DNA from: Burkholderiales bacterium
Lineage (GTDB): Bacteria > Pseudomonadota > Gammaproteobacteria > Burkholderiales > Burkholderiaceae_C
Assembly (NCBI GenBank): GCA_016213265.1
Contig: JACRBA010000134.1
Coordinates: forward strand, 29,043-93,042
Reading direction: 5' to 3'
DNA: 64,000 bases
This document shows, one piece after another, positions 52,861 through 62,803 of the stretch; positions within the stretch are counted from its first letter, which is position 1; the number at the start of each line of letters is the position of its first letter. The position numbers and the translations under genes were made by a program. The notes beneath the pieces were generated by a model that had not been told where the DNA came from, searched no databases, and saw only the letters and a list, made by a program, of their open reading frames with translations.

Positions 52861-53409
52861 TCATTCCTTCACCTTCATCTCGATGCCGGCCACCATCAGC
52901 GTGACGCGCTCGCAGAAGGTGGCCACGAGCTGGTGCAGTGTGCCCAGCGCATCAAGATAGCGGCGCACCTCACTGCCCAGCGGTGCCACGCCCATGCCGA
53001 TCTCGTTGGACACCAGTACCACAGGCCCCATTGCATTGCGCAGGGCATCGCACAGGTCCGCCTGCTGCTGAAGCCAGGTCGGCTCATCCAGCCGCGGCCC
53101 CACCATCGGCATCAATCGCTGCGTCAACCACACGGTCAGGCAGTCGACGATCACGAGCCTCTGGGGTGCGCACCACTCGCGCAACGCAGCCGGCAGATCG
53201 TCTGACACTTCCAGGGTCTGCAGATCCGGGACGTGCAACGCGCGCTGCTCACGGTGACGCGCGATGCGTTCGCGCATCTCGTCGTCACCGGGCGTTGCCG
53301 TCGCGATCAACAGCGCGCGTTGCCCGGAAACTTGCAGCCAGTCTTTCGCGCGCAACTCCGCACAACGAGACTTGCCGCTCTTGCCGCCGCCGAGGATCAG
53401 CTCGTGCAT
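52861..53409 (-). CDS. cobU: Adenosylcobinamide kinase / phosphate guanylyltransferase
   Basis: LILGGGKSGKS, EMRERIARH, VDCLTVWL, VSNEIGMG. Confidence 0.95.
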   Translation of the reverse strand: MHELILGGGKSGKSRCAELRAKDWLQVSGQRALLIATATPGDDEMRERIARHREQRALHVPDLQTLEVSDDLPAALREWCAPQRLVIVDCLTVWLTQRLMPMVGPRLDEPTWLQQQADLCDALRNAMGPVVLVSNEIGMGVAPLGSEVRRYLDALGTLHQLVATFCERVTLMVAGIEMKVKE

Positions 53410-53565
53410 GTGCAGGCCTCAACGCCCACAGCAGCGCAGCATGACGAAGGCCGAATGCGACCTGAAGAGAATACGAGCCATGATGGAACCGCCGTGCCAA
53501 CCGTGCTCGCCCGCTTCCCCGCGGGCACGCACCTCAAGGTGCGCCGTCTACACGGCGCACCGCCT

Positions 53566-53806
53566 CGTTGGCCGGTATCCGGGCTGGCGGAGACGACTCG
53601 TGTTCCCTTCCCAGGCGACACCGCTTTCGCAGCGCGCACCCAGTGGGTTGTAGACACGAGCGGTGAGCACAAGGCTCACGTCCGCTTACCGTTGCGGGGG
53701 CAGCTCAGGTTGGGGCGGTGCCGCAGATCCGCTTTGAACTACGGCGCTGCCCTTCCTGATTCCCGTTGAACTGCTTTGGCTGGAAAGCCAAAGCGAGCAC
53801 CAACGC
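53566..53806 (-). ncRNA. Cobalamin (AdoCbl) riboswitch
   Basis: Minus strand GGTG..AACGGGAATCAGG..CTGCCCCCGCAACGGTAA..CCACTG..GGGAAGG..AGCCCGGATACCGGCC upstream of cobU. Confidence 0.93.
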
Positions 53807-54113
53807 CTTCATGATAGCGGAAGGCCTTTAGTCGTGACCGCGGTCGGTAGCTGGATCCTCACGCAATCTTATCGACGATGTGTCTCGAGTCCCCATGGAT
53901 GCGCATCTACTTGGTGGCGCATTACACCAAGGCTTTCGGCACACGGCGCCTTCTGAGTCCACTTCCGGGCGCTTCTTTGAATGCTTTGGATTACAGCTCG
54001 GGGTCGTCAGCTGCACAAAGCGCGGCCCCAGCCGACGGGTCAGCGCATCGCCCCTTTGCCGACGTTCCACGTCCGCAGCCGGTTCCGGTTCGGTCCACCA
54101 GCGGGGTCACGCT

Positions 54114-57056
54114 TCATCGGTCAGGCTGGGCTGCCACCCTGCCGGCAGCGCGCTCGACCAGCACGTCCGCATACCTCTCGAGGTTGAACCTGAACGTGCC
54201 GCGGAAGTTGATGTGCGAGAAGTGCGCCGGCCCGATTCGCCGCAACCAGTCCTCCTCGATCCCGACGCCATCACCTTTGAGGCGGGCCACGACGCCGTCC
54301 ATGCGGTTCGTGTTCCAGGCCAGCACGATGTTGGTCAGCAGCGCATGAGCGCCTGAGATGGCCACCATCTCCTGCCGCCGCCGGCCTCGGTCATGCGCCA
54401 CGTGTCCGCCGTGGATCGCTCGTTGCAACTGGTGCACCGATTCGCCTCGGTTGAGCAGCGTGTGAATCTCGCGCCGATAGTCCGGGATGGCCAGGTAGTC
54501 GCACAAGAACAGCGTTCGCAGCAAGCGCCCCAGGTGTTCCGCGGCGCGATGCAGCGGATCGCCGACGGCGGCCGAGCCCAGGCCGTGGATGGCATGCGCC
54601 GCAGAAACCTTGCCGGCCCGAATGGAGGCGACCAGGCGCACCAGGTCGTCCCATCCACGCTCGATCGCCTTGACCGATATCCTGCGCACGGTGACGACTT
54701 CCAGGCTCTCCGGCACCGGCCACCCCCTGGGCACGAACAGCTTGCGCTCCCTCAGGTCCTGCAGACGCGGGCACAGGTCGAAACCCAGCAGCTTGGCGAT
54801 CGCCATGGCCACGTTCGTGACGCCATGCGTATCCACGGCCAGCAACGAGATGCGGATGCGGTCCTCGGCGCGGTTGTGCTGCTCGACACCCTCGACGGCC
54901 ACGCCGGCCTGTCGTTCGTTCAGCACAATGGGCTGGTCGTAGAACAAACCCCAGCGGTCGCGAACGTGCGTGTACATGCCGGCGGCATACGTGCGCCGCC
55001 GCGGGTCCACCCGTGCTGTCCACAAGTGCCGGCTGGCGTCCAAGGCCATCATGTCGGCCGAACCCTTGCTGCCGTCACCCCACAAAGCGGCGATCGGCAC
55101 GGCGTTCTGGTACTCCGAGACACGTTCGTTGGCCCGGCGCAGCCTGCCGCTGAACTCAATGGCCCGCATCGCCGTGGCGATGTGCGCCGCGTCGATGCCC
55201 GGGATCATCGAGCCCACGCCCTTGGCGTCGATGTCGGTGCCGTGGGCAAGGAGGGCGCCATAAGCGGCCAACAGCTCGTTGCTTGACGAGGGTCGGCGGG
55301 CCAGCAACGCCTCGCTGAAATGCGTCGCCGCGTCGACCTCCATCAGTAGGTCTGGAAGCTGCACCTGGCCAATGTGTTTGAAGACGGCCTCCCTTGTCTT
55401 TCGCGGCTCGACCTCTTCGTCCAGCGGACGAATCGGCGGCAGGTGCAGCAGCTTGTCGGCGCCGATCTCCACGTGTCCCTGATCGGCGGCCTCGGCCAGC
55501 GCCGACAGGCCCACGGACATGCCGGCCAGGATAGGCTCCAGAAACGCCATCGCCTGCACCGGCAGGCCGAGGATCTGATGGTGTTGTTCCCTGGTGCTTG
55601 TCCAGTCTTTGTCCGCCAGGAGCATCGATTCGCGGGCGCGGAAGGTGATCGAATGGTTCACCCAGGCGCTGCCACGGCGCAGGCTCTTGCGCAGGGCCAT
55701 CATCGTGCTGGCCTCGAATGCGCGGTAGCGGGATTGTGGATCCAGGTCGCTGACGATTGCGCTCCAGGCCGCACCCACCGGTGGCAGCTCGAAATCCGGT
55801 GGGACCTCTTTGGTGTTCAGCGCCTGCAACATCGACCAAGCTTGCCACTGTTCGTAGCCGGTGTCCCCGGGCGTCCCAGCAAAGTCAATGTCGCGCAGAC
55901 CCGCCAGGTGGGCGTGAACGCGGCGGCTGTCTTCTGCCAGCGCCCTGCGCACCTGCGAGGCAAAGGTGGCCATGGATACGTCGCCGATGTCGTCCAACAT
56001 GGCGCGCGCCTCCAGCACGCGGTCGCGCCAGGTCTTCGTCTCGTCGTGAAGTACCGACTTCGCCTTGATGGCCTGCTGCAAGGTCGCGCCGCTGCTGCGG
56101 GATCGTCCCGTTTGGACCCGTTCGGCCGCGCGGCGAAATAGATCCTGGCTGCGGCGCGATGCCTGCATCAGCGCCGCGTCGGTCAACTCCAAAAGTGTGA
56201 CGCGCAGGAAGCAAGCGATCTCCACGGTCTGTCGCTGCTGTTCGATGCGCGCGGTCATCGACGGCCGCCGCATCTGTACGTGAGCGGCGTAGGCCTGCTG
56301 CTTGCTCAGCGCAATGGGGTCCAGCGCCCAGTTGTGCGCACCGAGCTCCTTCAATGCGCGAACCTTCTCCAGTGTCTCTACCATCGTGCTGGGGGCGTGA
56401 CGCTTGGGCGGTGTCTTGAGCCATTCAAGGTGGCTGCCCATCAACCCACCAGCCTGGGGCGAGTAGGCCCAGTCGATTGCCCTGCGCAGGGCCGCCTTGC
56501 CGATCGCCGCCTCGATCGTTGCGGCCATGGCCGCCTCCGTGGTGTCGAACGCCCTGCGCGCCCAATCCGCCAAGCGTCGAGGACCGGGGATCACGATTCG
56601 GCGGTCGTACAACCACAGGCGCGCGGTTTCGGCCAGGTCGTCGGGATGGGCGGCTTCGAGCGCGGCAATTGTGAGGACTTGTTCAAGCTGTTCGACCTGA
56701 GCGTCGTCGAGGTCCTGCAGGCCCAGGTAAGCGCGCGCCCAGGCCTGATGCTCGTACAGGGTCTGGCGACGTTCGTACAGGGACCTCAGGCTCGCGATGC
56801 TCACTGCCGGAGTTGCAAGTGCCTCGCAAACGGACCGCAGCAGCATCTTTGGAACGGACGCGAATCTGTCCATTGGGCGGCCACTCGCCCGCAAGAAGAG
56901 CATCTGGATTGCAGCCGCGACGCGGCGGTCGTGGCGGAACCGCTCGGAGATCGCGGCGATGTCGTCCTTGCTCAGGCAAAAGGCTTGTCGGACGTCGAAC
57001 TCGGACAGCCTGGTCGGCAGGCGCTCCACGCCGATGAAGCGTTTTGCGTACGACAC
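54114..57056 (-). CDS. tnpA: Tn3-family transposase, IS1071-like subgroup
   Basis: 980 aa; SADMMALD, VDTHG, LNRGESVHQL DDE motifs, HINFRG; N-terminus recalls IS1071 TnpA. Confidence 0.93.
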   Translation of the reverse strand: MSYAKRFIGVERLPTRLSEFDVRQAFCLSKDDIAAISERFRHDRRVAAAIQMLFLRASGRPMDRFASVPKMLLRSVCEALATPAVSIASLRSLYERRQTLYEHQAWARAYLGLQDLDDAQVEQLEQVLTIAALEAAHPDDLAETARLWLYDRRIVIPGPRRLADWARRAFDTTEAAMAATIEAAIGKAALRRAIDWAYSPQAGGLMGSHLEWLKTPPKRHAPSTMVETLEKVRALKELGAHNWALDPIALSKQQAYAAHVQMRRPSMTARIEQQRQTVEIACFLRVTLLELTDAALMQASRRSQDLFRRAAERVQTGRSRSSGATLQQAIKAKSVLHDETKTWRDRVLEARAMLDDIGDVSMATFASQVRRALAEDSRRVHAHLAGLRDIDFAGTPGDTGYEQWQAWSMLQALNTKEVPPDFELPPVGAAWSAIVSDLDPQSRYRAFEASTMMALRKSLRRGSAWVNHSITFRARESMLLADKDWTSTREQHHQILGLPVQAMAFLEPILAGMSVGLSALAEAADQGHVEIGADKLLHLPPIRPLDEEVEPRKTREAVFKHIGQVQLPDLLMEVDAATHFSEALLARRPSSSNELLAAYGALLAHGTDIDAKGVGSMIPGIDAAHIATAMRAIEFSGRLRRANERVSEYQNAVPIAALWGDGSKGSADMMALDASRHLWTARVDPRRRTYAAGMYTHVRDRWGLFYDQPIVLNERQAGVAVEGVEQHNRAEDRIRISLLAVDTHGVTNVAMAIAKLLGFDLCPRLQDLRERKLFVPRGWPVPESLEVVTVRRISVKAIERGWDDLVRLVASIRAGKVSAAHAIHGLGSAAVGDPLHRAAEHLGRLLRTLFLCDYLAIPDYRREIHTLLNRGESVHQLQRAIHGGHVAHDRGRRRQEMVAISGAHALLTNIVLAWNTNRMDGVVARLKGDGVGIEEDWLRRIGPAHFSHINFRGTFRFNLERYADVLVERAAGRVAAQPDR

Positions 57057-57168
57057 GGCGGGATGCTCCAGGGAGTCGAAACCGCAAATCTACCTGGGTG
57101 CCGTCATTTGAGAACCCCTAGCTGCTCAGGCCCGGTTTAGGCTCGAGAGGCGCCCGGCGACGGGGGAC

Positions 57169-57201
57169 CGTGTCAATTTGCTGGAAAGATACGATTACCC
57201 C
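57169..57201 (-). repeat. Right terminal inverted repeat
   Basis: Reverse complement GGGGTAATCGTATCTTTCCAGCAAATTGACACG. Confidence 0.92.
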
Positions 57202-57314
57202 GGCTCGTTCTCGTACTGCCGGCGCTCGTTGCGGGTGGCCTCGCGCGCCGAGATGATTCGCACCCTGGCGGTGTCCGGTCCCGTGGCCGTGTACGTGTGC
57301 GACACCGCCAGCAG
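57202..57314 (-). pseudogene. BrnT-like toxin C-terminal remnant, interrupted by the transposon
   Basis: LLAVSHTY..VRIISAREATRNERRQYENEP; in-frame TAG immediately upstream; original end (..EPR*) lies at 18804-18810. Confidence 0.75.
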
Positions 57315-57488
57315 CTAGCCCTCGGGAATCTGGTGCTTGCTCCGGGAGGAAGGGCAACACCGCTTCTGGCAACCTGGAATCGGCCTGCTACCACAGTTCG
57401 TCATGACTTCATTCTCCAGAGTTGGAGTCAGAACATTTTCGAGCCCTGCGCGGTTCTTTGTGGGCCTTTCGCGCGAGACTGCCGCTGA

Positions 57489-58016
57489 TCATTGGTGGCG
57501 CAGAACCGCAACAGCAGGCGCACTCGGTGCGGTTTTGGCCGACCCCCCGTTGAAGTTGTCTACCTGCCACAAACGGGCGGTTCCATCACCCCCGCTCAAG
57601 CATTTCGTGAGAGCTACGAGACCCGCGGGTGACCGCAACAGAGCCTCCATCCGAGTGGTGTTTGCCAATGCGTCGTGCGTAAAGCGGACCACTGTCGCCG
57701 TGTCCGCGGTGCAGCGCTCCACTTCGAGTAGCCGCGCGTCAGCGTTCAACTCAAATGACCGACCATCCTGGGCCGCGACGGCCATCCATGTTGGCTTTGG
57801 CTCTGATACTGCGTACATGACAGGACCAGCGTGGCTGGCCAGCTGCGAGTCGACGTCCCGTACATCTGACTCGATACCTTCGATCTGACGCTGCTGGTAC
57901 AGCACAAGAATGGCCATACCTCCACCAACAAGGATGGTTGCGCTGGCCAACACCAAGCGCAGCCATCCACGGACGACGCGCGGGCTCACATCAAAATCAA
58001 GTGCGTCCGGTAGCAT
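57489..58016 (-). CDS. T2SS-associated bitopic membrane protein (PilN/GspL-like position)
   Basis: LDFD, one TM helix, coiled coil; overlaps upstream gene. Confidence 0.5.
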   Translation of the reverse strand: MLPDALDFDVSPRVVRGWLRLVLASATILVGGGMAILVLYQQRQIEGIESDVRDVDSQLASHAGPVMYAVSEPKPTWMAVAAQDGRSFELNADARLLEVERCTADTATVVRFTHDALANTTRMEALLRSPAGLVALTKCLSGGDGTARLWQVDNFNGGSAKTAPSAPAVAVLRHQ

Positions 58017-58683
58017 GCGTTTCCTCGGTCAGGGGCTGCAGGGCGAAGGCTGTGCTACCACTGTCCTCGAGCAGGCTCAAGCGCCATGTCGGCAAGGGGC
58101 CGACCACACGAAGGCGTCGCAGGATCTGCGACAGGCTGGGCGGCTCCGACCAGATCACGCTACCCGCAGCACGGACCTTCCCTGCATCGGAGCTGCGCCA
58201 GTAATGCAGTGATTCGTCGTCGCACACGGCGACGTCCGGCTCGAGCGATGTTGAGAAGGCGACCCACCAAGGTCGTAGCTTCTCCAGACGACCTCCATAA
58301 GCACCCACCATCGCCTGAATCCGCCCCGGCAGGCCGGCCGGCATGGCGGCGGCCACCCACAGGCTCTCGCCCTTTTCTGGCCAGAACGCCAAGCGTGCGT
58401 CTACAGGGGTCTCCGGCGCACTCAACAGTGCCGCCAAGGCGGCCTCCGCCTCCTCGAGGGTGCGAACTCCCTCGATCGGCTCCATGGCGTGCAGTGCGCA
58501 CATGCGTCCACCCAGCCAAACGTTCCAACGGCGCTTTGGATTGGCGGCTAACGCCTCTTGGAGTGGCGACGCCCAATCGCCCGCCTCCAGACTGTGCACC
58601 TGCGTGGGTTGGTCTCCGTCCCGCAGAGCCAGGGTCTTGCGCGACAGGTAGATGTCGATTGCCCTAGACCTTGCCCACCACAC
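57997..58683 (-). CDS. T2SS-associated cytoplasmic protein (PilM/GspL-like position)
   Basis: GTG start after GGAG, overlapping gspE end; assignment from context only. Confidence 0.5.
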   Translation of the reverse strand: MWWARSRAIDIYLSRKTLALRDGDQPTQVHSLEAGDWASPLQEALAANPKRRWNVWLGGRMCALHAMEPIEGVRTLEEAEAALAALLSAPETPVDARLAFWPEKGESLWVAAAMPAGLPGRIQAMVGAYGGRLEKLRPWWVAFSTSLEPDVAVCDDESLHYWRSSDAGKVRAAGSVIWSEPPSLSQILRRLRVVGPLPTWRLSLLEDSGSTAFALQPLTEETHATGRT

Positions 58684-60283
58684 GGAATAACTCCTCGACA
58701 GTCGACTGCCCTTGGGCAATACGGGCCATGGCCTGCGCCACAAGGGGGCGCACAACGCCCTCCCCTTCGTCTGCCTCGAAAGCCACACGCTTGAGTTCGC
58801 TGACCTCAGCGCCCGCCAGGATGCGGTCACGAAGGTGATCGCCGACCAGGTGGACTTCAGCGATCACGAAACGTCCCTTGTAGCCTGTCCCATGACACTG
58901 GGAGCAGCCTACCGCGCGCGGCAACTTCGCAGGCAGAGGTCCGAAGCTCGCGTGATGCCGTGCCCACCATCTCTCCTCCTCTGTCGACAGCTCGCCCTGG
59001 GAGCTGCAAGCATCGCACAGGCGGCGCATCAGGCGCTGCACCACGACGCCGTTGAGCGAAGAGACGAAACCGAACATGTCCAGCCCAAAGTGCCGAAAGC
59101 GCCCGATCACGTCGAACAGCGAGTTGGCATGCACGGTGGTGAACACAAGATGGCCCGTGAGCGCCGACTGCACGGCGATCTCGGCCGTCTCCGCGTCGCG
59201 GATCTCGCCCACGAGGATGCGATCGGGGTCGTGGCGCAGGATGCTGCGAAGCCCACGAGCGAAGGTCAGGCCCTTCTTCTCGTTGACCGGAATCTGCAGG
59301 ACGCCCGGCAGTTCGTACTCCACCGGGTCCTCGATGGTGATGATCTTCTCCAGCCCGGTGTTGATCTCGGACAGCGCCGCGTAGACCGATGTCGTCTTGC
59401 CGCTTCCTGTGGGCCCCGTGACGAGCAACATGCCGTGTGGCATGCCGGCCAGTTGGCGCAGCCGCCGAGCGCTATCGGGCTCGAACCCGAGCGTGTCCAG
59501 CGTCACGGCGTCGCCCTGGCCGCGCAGCGTGGACTTGTCCAAGAGCCGCAAGACGGCGTCTTCGCCGAACACGCTGGGCATGATGGACACGCGCAGGTCC
59601 GCTTCCTGAGCTTCGAAGGCATAGCGAAAGCGCCCATCCTGGGGCAGCCGGCGTTCGGTGATGTCCAACTGGGCCAGCACCTTTAGCCGCGAGATCACCT
59701 CCTGGGCGAGCTGCACGCCCTCAACGCGCTCAAAGCGGGCCATCACGCCGTCCAGCCGGTGCTTGACGGTCAACCCCTGGCGGTCGCATTCGAAGTGAAT
59801 GTCGCTGGCGCCGCTGCGCCAGCCGGCCAAGAGTGCACGATCCACAAATTGCACGACAGACGAGCCGCCCACGGCCTCGCTACCAGACGAAGCCGCCTTA
59901 GCCGCCGGTGCCGAAGCGGCGACTGCCACCTGCCACTGGGTGAGCTCGTCCGCCGTCGCGGCCACCGGCTCCGGCAGCTGGCCAAGTGCGGATGCAGCAC
60001 GCTGGAGGCTTCGGTCATCCCAGGGATCCGCCATGGCCAGGCAAGCGCTACCCGCATCGGAGAACGGCGCCATTCCGGCGGGCATGCTGGCACTGCTGGG
60101 CCACGGTGTGATCGGGCCGGCCACCGCCGAGAACGCCCGCACGCCTGTGTGCCTCTCGAGCAGGTGCGGCCAATCCCAGGCCGGCTGGCGTCTACGCAGC
60201 TCGTCCAGCACGGTATGCCCGCCTCGGGCCGCGCGAGCGGCTGCCAGCAGCTGCAGGACAGCCTGCGAGGTGGGCTCGCTCAT
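58664..60283 (-). CDS. gspE: T2SS ATPase
   Basis: GASDIHFE, RLPQDGR, GPTGSGKT, IEDPVE, GEIRD, CDAC..CSQC. Confidence 0.95.
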   Translation of the reverse strand: MSEPTSQAVLQLLAAARAARGGHTVLDELRRRQPAWDWPHLLERHTGVRAFSAVAGPITPWPSSASMPAGMAPFSDAGSACLAMADPWDDRSLQRAASALGQLPEPVAATADELTQWQVAVAASAPAAKAASSGSEAVGGSSVVQFVDRALLAGWRSGASDIHFECDRQGLTVKHRLDGVMARFERVEGVQLAQEVISRLKVLAQLDITERRLPQDGRFRYAFEAQEADLRVSIMPSVFGEDAVLRLLDKSTLRGQGDAVTLDTLGFEPDSARRLRQLAGMPHGMLLVTGPTGSGKTTSVYAALSEINTGLEKIITIEDPVEYELPGVLQIPVNEKKGLTFARGLRSILRHDPDRILVGEIRDAETAEIAVQSALTGHLVFTTVHANSLFDVIGRFRHFGLDMFGFVSSLNGVVVQRLMRRLCDACSSQGELSTEEERWWARHHASFGPLPAKLPRAVGCSQCHGTGYKGRFVIAEVHLVGDHLRDRILAGAEVSELKRVAFEADEGEGVVRPLVAQAMARIAQGQSTVEELFRVVGKV

Positions 60284-61467
60284 CGTACAGACGCCGCAAT
60301 ATCGAACACTGGCATGTACAGCATTACCACCATGCTGCCCACCATCACAGCCACGACGAGCAGCAGCACCGGCTCCACAATGCGGGTGGCCCGCTCGACG
60401 AACGTTTCGAAAGCCACCCGATGCCGCTCGGCAATGGCACGCAGCACCTTGTCGAAATCGCCGCCGCGCTCGCCGGCGCGAATCAGACGCTCTGTCACTG
60501 CTTCGGTCAAGCCGGCAGCGCTGAAGGCGCTGGACGCCGAGGCGCCCTGCTCGATGCGCAGCCGCGCCTGGGCCAACCGAGATTGCCCCGCCAGCGATTG
60601 GGCAAGCGTCTGGCACACACCCAACGCCTCGTGCAGGCTGTAGCCCCCACGCACGAGCAAGGCAAGCGCCTCGAACAGGCGAGCCCGCTCGAAATGTGCC
60701 ACCTGCCCGCCCAGCCAAGGCCACGCCTCGAGCAGCCAAGCCGCAAAGCGCCTCGGCCTGCCGCCCGTGGCAGCCCAGAACACAGCCAAGGCGAGCATCG
60801 TCAGGGCAGCGGGCACGAGCCACGGCGTGGACGCGATGGCTGCGCTGAAGGCGAGCAGGCCTCGCGTAGCCGCGCTGACCCCCGCCCCCGATTCGCCATA
60901 CAACGCCGCAAATCGAGGGATCACCACCAGCAGCAGGAACACGGCGATGAGCGCGCCCAAGCCCACCACCAAAGCCGGATAGAGCGCCGCACTGACCACC
61001 TTACGTCGCAGGCCGCCCACCATGTCGTCAAAACGCAAGTAGGCGTCAAGGGCATGTGGCAGGTCGCTTGTGCGTTCACTCGCGCGCACTGACGCCACGA
61101 GCAGCGGAGGAAAACCGCCGACGTCGTGCATGGCGGCCGACAAGGCCTTGCCTTCTCTGAGACGCGCCAACAGGGCCTCGTGGACCGACCCCGATCCGGC
61201 CTGGGCACCCAAGGCATCGAGCGCTTCGACAACCGACAGCCCGGCCTGAAGCAGCGCCCGCAGCTCCCTGCACCACACAGCGAGGTCCTGGCGGCCGGCC
61301 CCGGTCCCTGCCACGGGGCGGGGCGTGCGCCGAACGACACTCAGTGCCAGCACCGTCGCGCCGGATTCGCTCAACAGCGCGCGCGCGGCCCGCTCGTCCG
61401 CGGCCTGCACATGCTGCAACCGCACCGCGCGTGTCGCCGTGTCGAACAGCCGTGCCTCGAAGTCCAT
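60280..61467 (-). CDS. gspF: T2SS inner-membrane platform protein
   Basis: LLQAGLSVVEAL, SAALYP, AGERGG, IVEP, MLYMPVF. Confidence 0.92.
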   Translation of the reverse strand: MDFEARLFDTATRAVRLQHVQAADERAARALLSESGATVLALSVVRRTPRPVAGTGAGRQDLAVWCRELRALLQAGLSVVEALDALGAQAGSGSVHEALLARLREGKALSAAMHDVGGFPPLLVASVRASERTSDLPHALDAYLRFDDMVGGLRRKVVSAALYPALVVGLGALIAVFLLLVVIPRFAALYGESGAGVSAATRGLLAFSAAIASTPWLVPAALTMLALAVFWAATGGRPRRFAAWLLEAWPWLGGQVAHFERARLFEALALLVRGGYSLHEALGVCQTLAQSLAGQSRLAQARLRIEQGASASSAFSAAGLTEAVTERLIRAGERGGDFDKVLRAIAERHRVAFETFVERATRIVEPVLLLVVAVMVGSMVVMLYMPVFDIAASVR

Positions 61468-61489
61468 TGCCGTCGCCGTGACTGATGGA

Positions 61490-61918
61490 TCAGTTGCTGA
61501 GATCAGCGTCATCACCGGTGCCACCAAAGGACTTGTCGCGCCCCAGGCTGGTGATGTCGTAGTCCCGTCCGTTGGTACCAGGACGGCGGTACTGATAGGC
61601 CTGTCCCCATGGATCGGCGGGCAGCGCGCCCTTGAGGTACGGTCCACGCCAGCGGCCATCGGCACCGGGCGAAGCCACGAGCGCCCTCAGCCCTTGCTCG
61701 CTGCTTGGGAACTCACCCATGTCGAGCCGGTAGGCCTGTACGGCCTTGTCCAGCGCGTCGATCTGTGCACGAGCGGCCGTCACCTCGGAGCGACCGATCT
61801 GCCCCATCAGGCGCGGACCGACGATCCCGGTCAGCAGACCGATGATCAGGACAACCACCAGCAGCTCGAGCAGCGTGAAGCCGGACGCTGGCCGGCGGAA
61901 GTGGTCGAGAGAGTTCAT
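61490..61918 (-). CDS. gspG: Major pseudopilin
   Basis: GFTLLELLVV, YRLDMG, GLRALV, WRGPYL, DPWG. Confidence 0.95.
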   Translation of the reverse strand: MNSLDHFRRPASGFTLLELLVVVLIIGLLTGIVGPRLMGQIGRSEVTAARAQIDALDKAVQAYRLDMGEFPSSEQGLRALVASPGADGRWRGPYLKGALPADPWGQAYQYRRPGTNGRDYDITSLGRDKSFGGTGDDADLSN

Positions 61919-62430
61919 GAAGCAGATCTTGGCGTGAAGACCCAGTCAGCGTACTTGTCGGCAGGCGGCAGGTCGGCGGCACGCAAGCGCTGCGACTGGC
62001 GCATCCACGGTGCCCGCTCGGAGCGGCTTCGCAGTCCGCTGATGTCCCCGCGCGCATCACGCACCAACACCCAATCTGCCTGGCCGGTAAGAGGATCGGC
62101 GTAAAGACGGCGCAGGTGGCGCCGGGTACCAACGACACGGGTGTCCAACAACAGCTCCTCCAACGACGAAGGGTAACGCCTTTCACTGCCAGGAGACGCA
62201 TCTCGATAGGCAGCCAGCGCTGCAGCATACGCATCGCCGACACGCAAAAGCTCGCGCTCCCTGTCACGCGATGCTTGGTCCGACCAGCGTTGAGCGGCCA
62301 CCGAAACACCCGCCGCTGCGGTCGCCACCATGATCAGTACGACCAGAAGCCCCACACCGTTCTGCAGGCGGCCAGTGCGGCGAGAGCGACCGATCCGGCT
62401 GCGCAGACCTCGCGATCTACCACTCCGCAT
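61915..62430 (-). CDS. Minor pseudopilin-like protein
   Basis: GVGLLVVLIMV helix, RERELLRVG, YPSSLEELL, RHLRRLYADP. Confidence 0.8.
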   Translation of the reverse strand: MRSGRSRGLRSRIGRSRRTGRLQNGVGLLVVLIMVATAAAGVSVAAQRWSDQASRDRERELLRVGDAYAAALAAYRDASPGSERRYPSSLEELLLDTRVVGTRRHLRRLYADPLTGQADWVLVRDARGDISGLRSRSERAPWMRQSQRLRAADLPPADKYADWVFTPRSAS

Positions 62431-62803
62431 AGGGGCTCCCATCGCGGCCGCGCCCTGCCGCACCACTGCGCACGTCGGAGACTGCGCCGGCCTGCCCGTC
62501 CGGCGGGCTAATGACCGACCAGGTGTCTGCGCGCTCGGTGATGGGGTCCCTCGGCACTTCGCGCAGGTAACGTTCTCGCGCCAGCTCAGCAAGCTCCTGT
62601 GGGTAGCGACCACGGTCTGCGTTGAACTTGTCCAGGGCATCGCGCATGACAGCGAGGTTCTGCCGTAGAACGGTTTCACGTGCGCGGTCAAGATGCTCGA
62701 AGTAGCGGGGCGCGGCGATCCCGAGTAGCAATGCCACCGCTGCCAGGACAACCAGGAGTTCGATCAACGTGAATCCGCGAACCGGCCGCAGGGGAACCAT
62801 CAT
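62417..62803 (-). CDS. Pseudopilin (GspG-like)
   Basis: RGFTLIELLVV, DKFNADRGRYP, YLREVPRDPIT. Confidence 0.88.
   Translation of the reverse strand: MMVPLRPVRGFTLIELLVVLAAVALLLGIAAPRYFEHLDRARETVLRQNLAVMRDALDKFNADRGRYPQELAELARERYLREVPRDPITERADTWSVISPPDGQAGAVSDVRSGAAGRGRDGSPYAEW

Noticed and set aside
53860-53880. TTATCG half-site resembling the recombinase dyad
   Set aside because: No matching left arm
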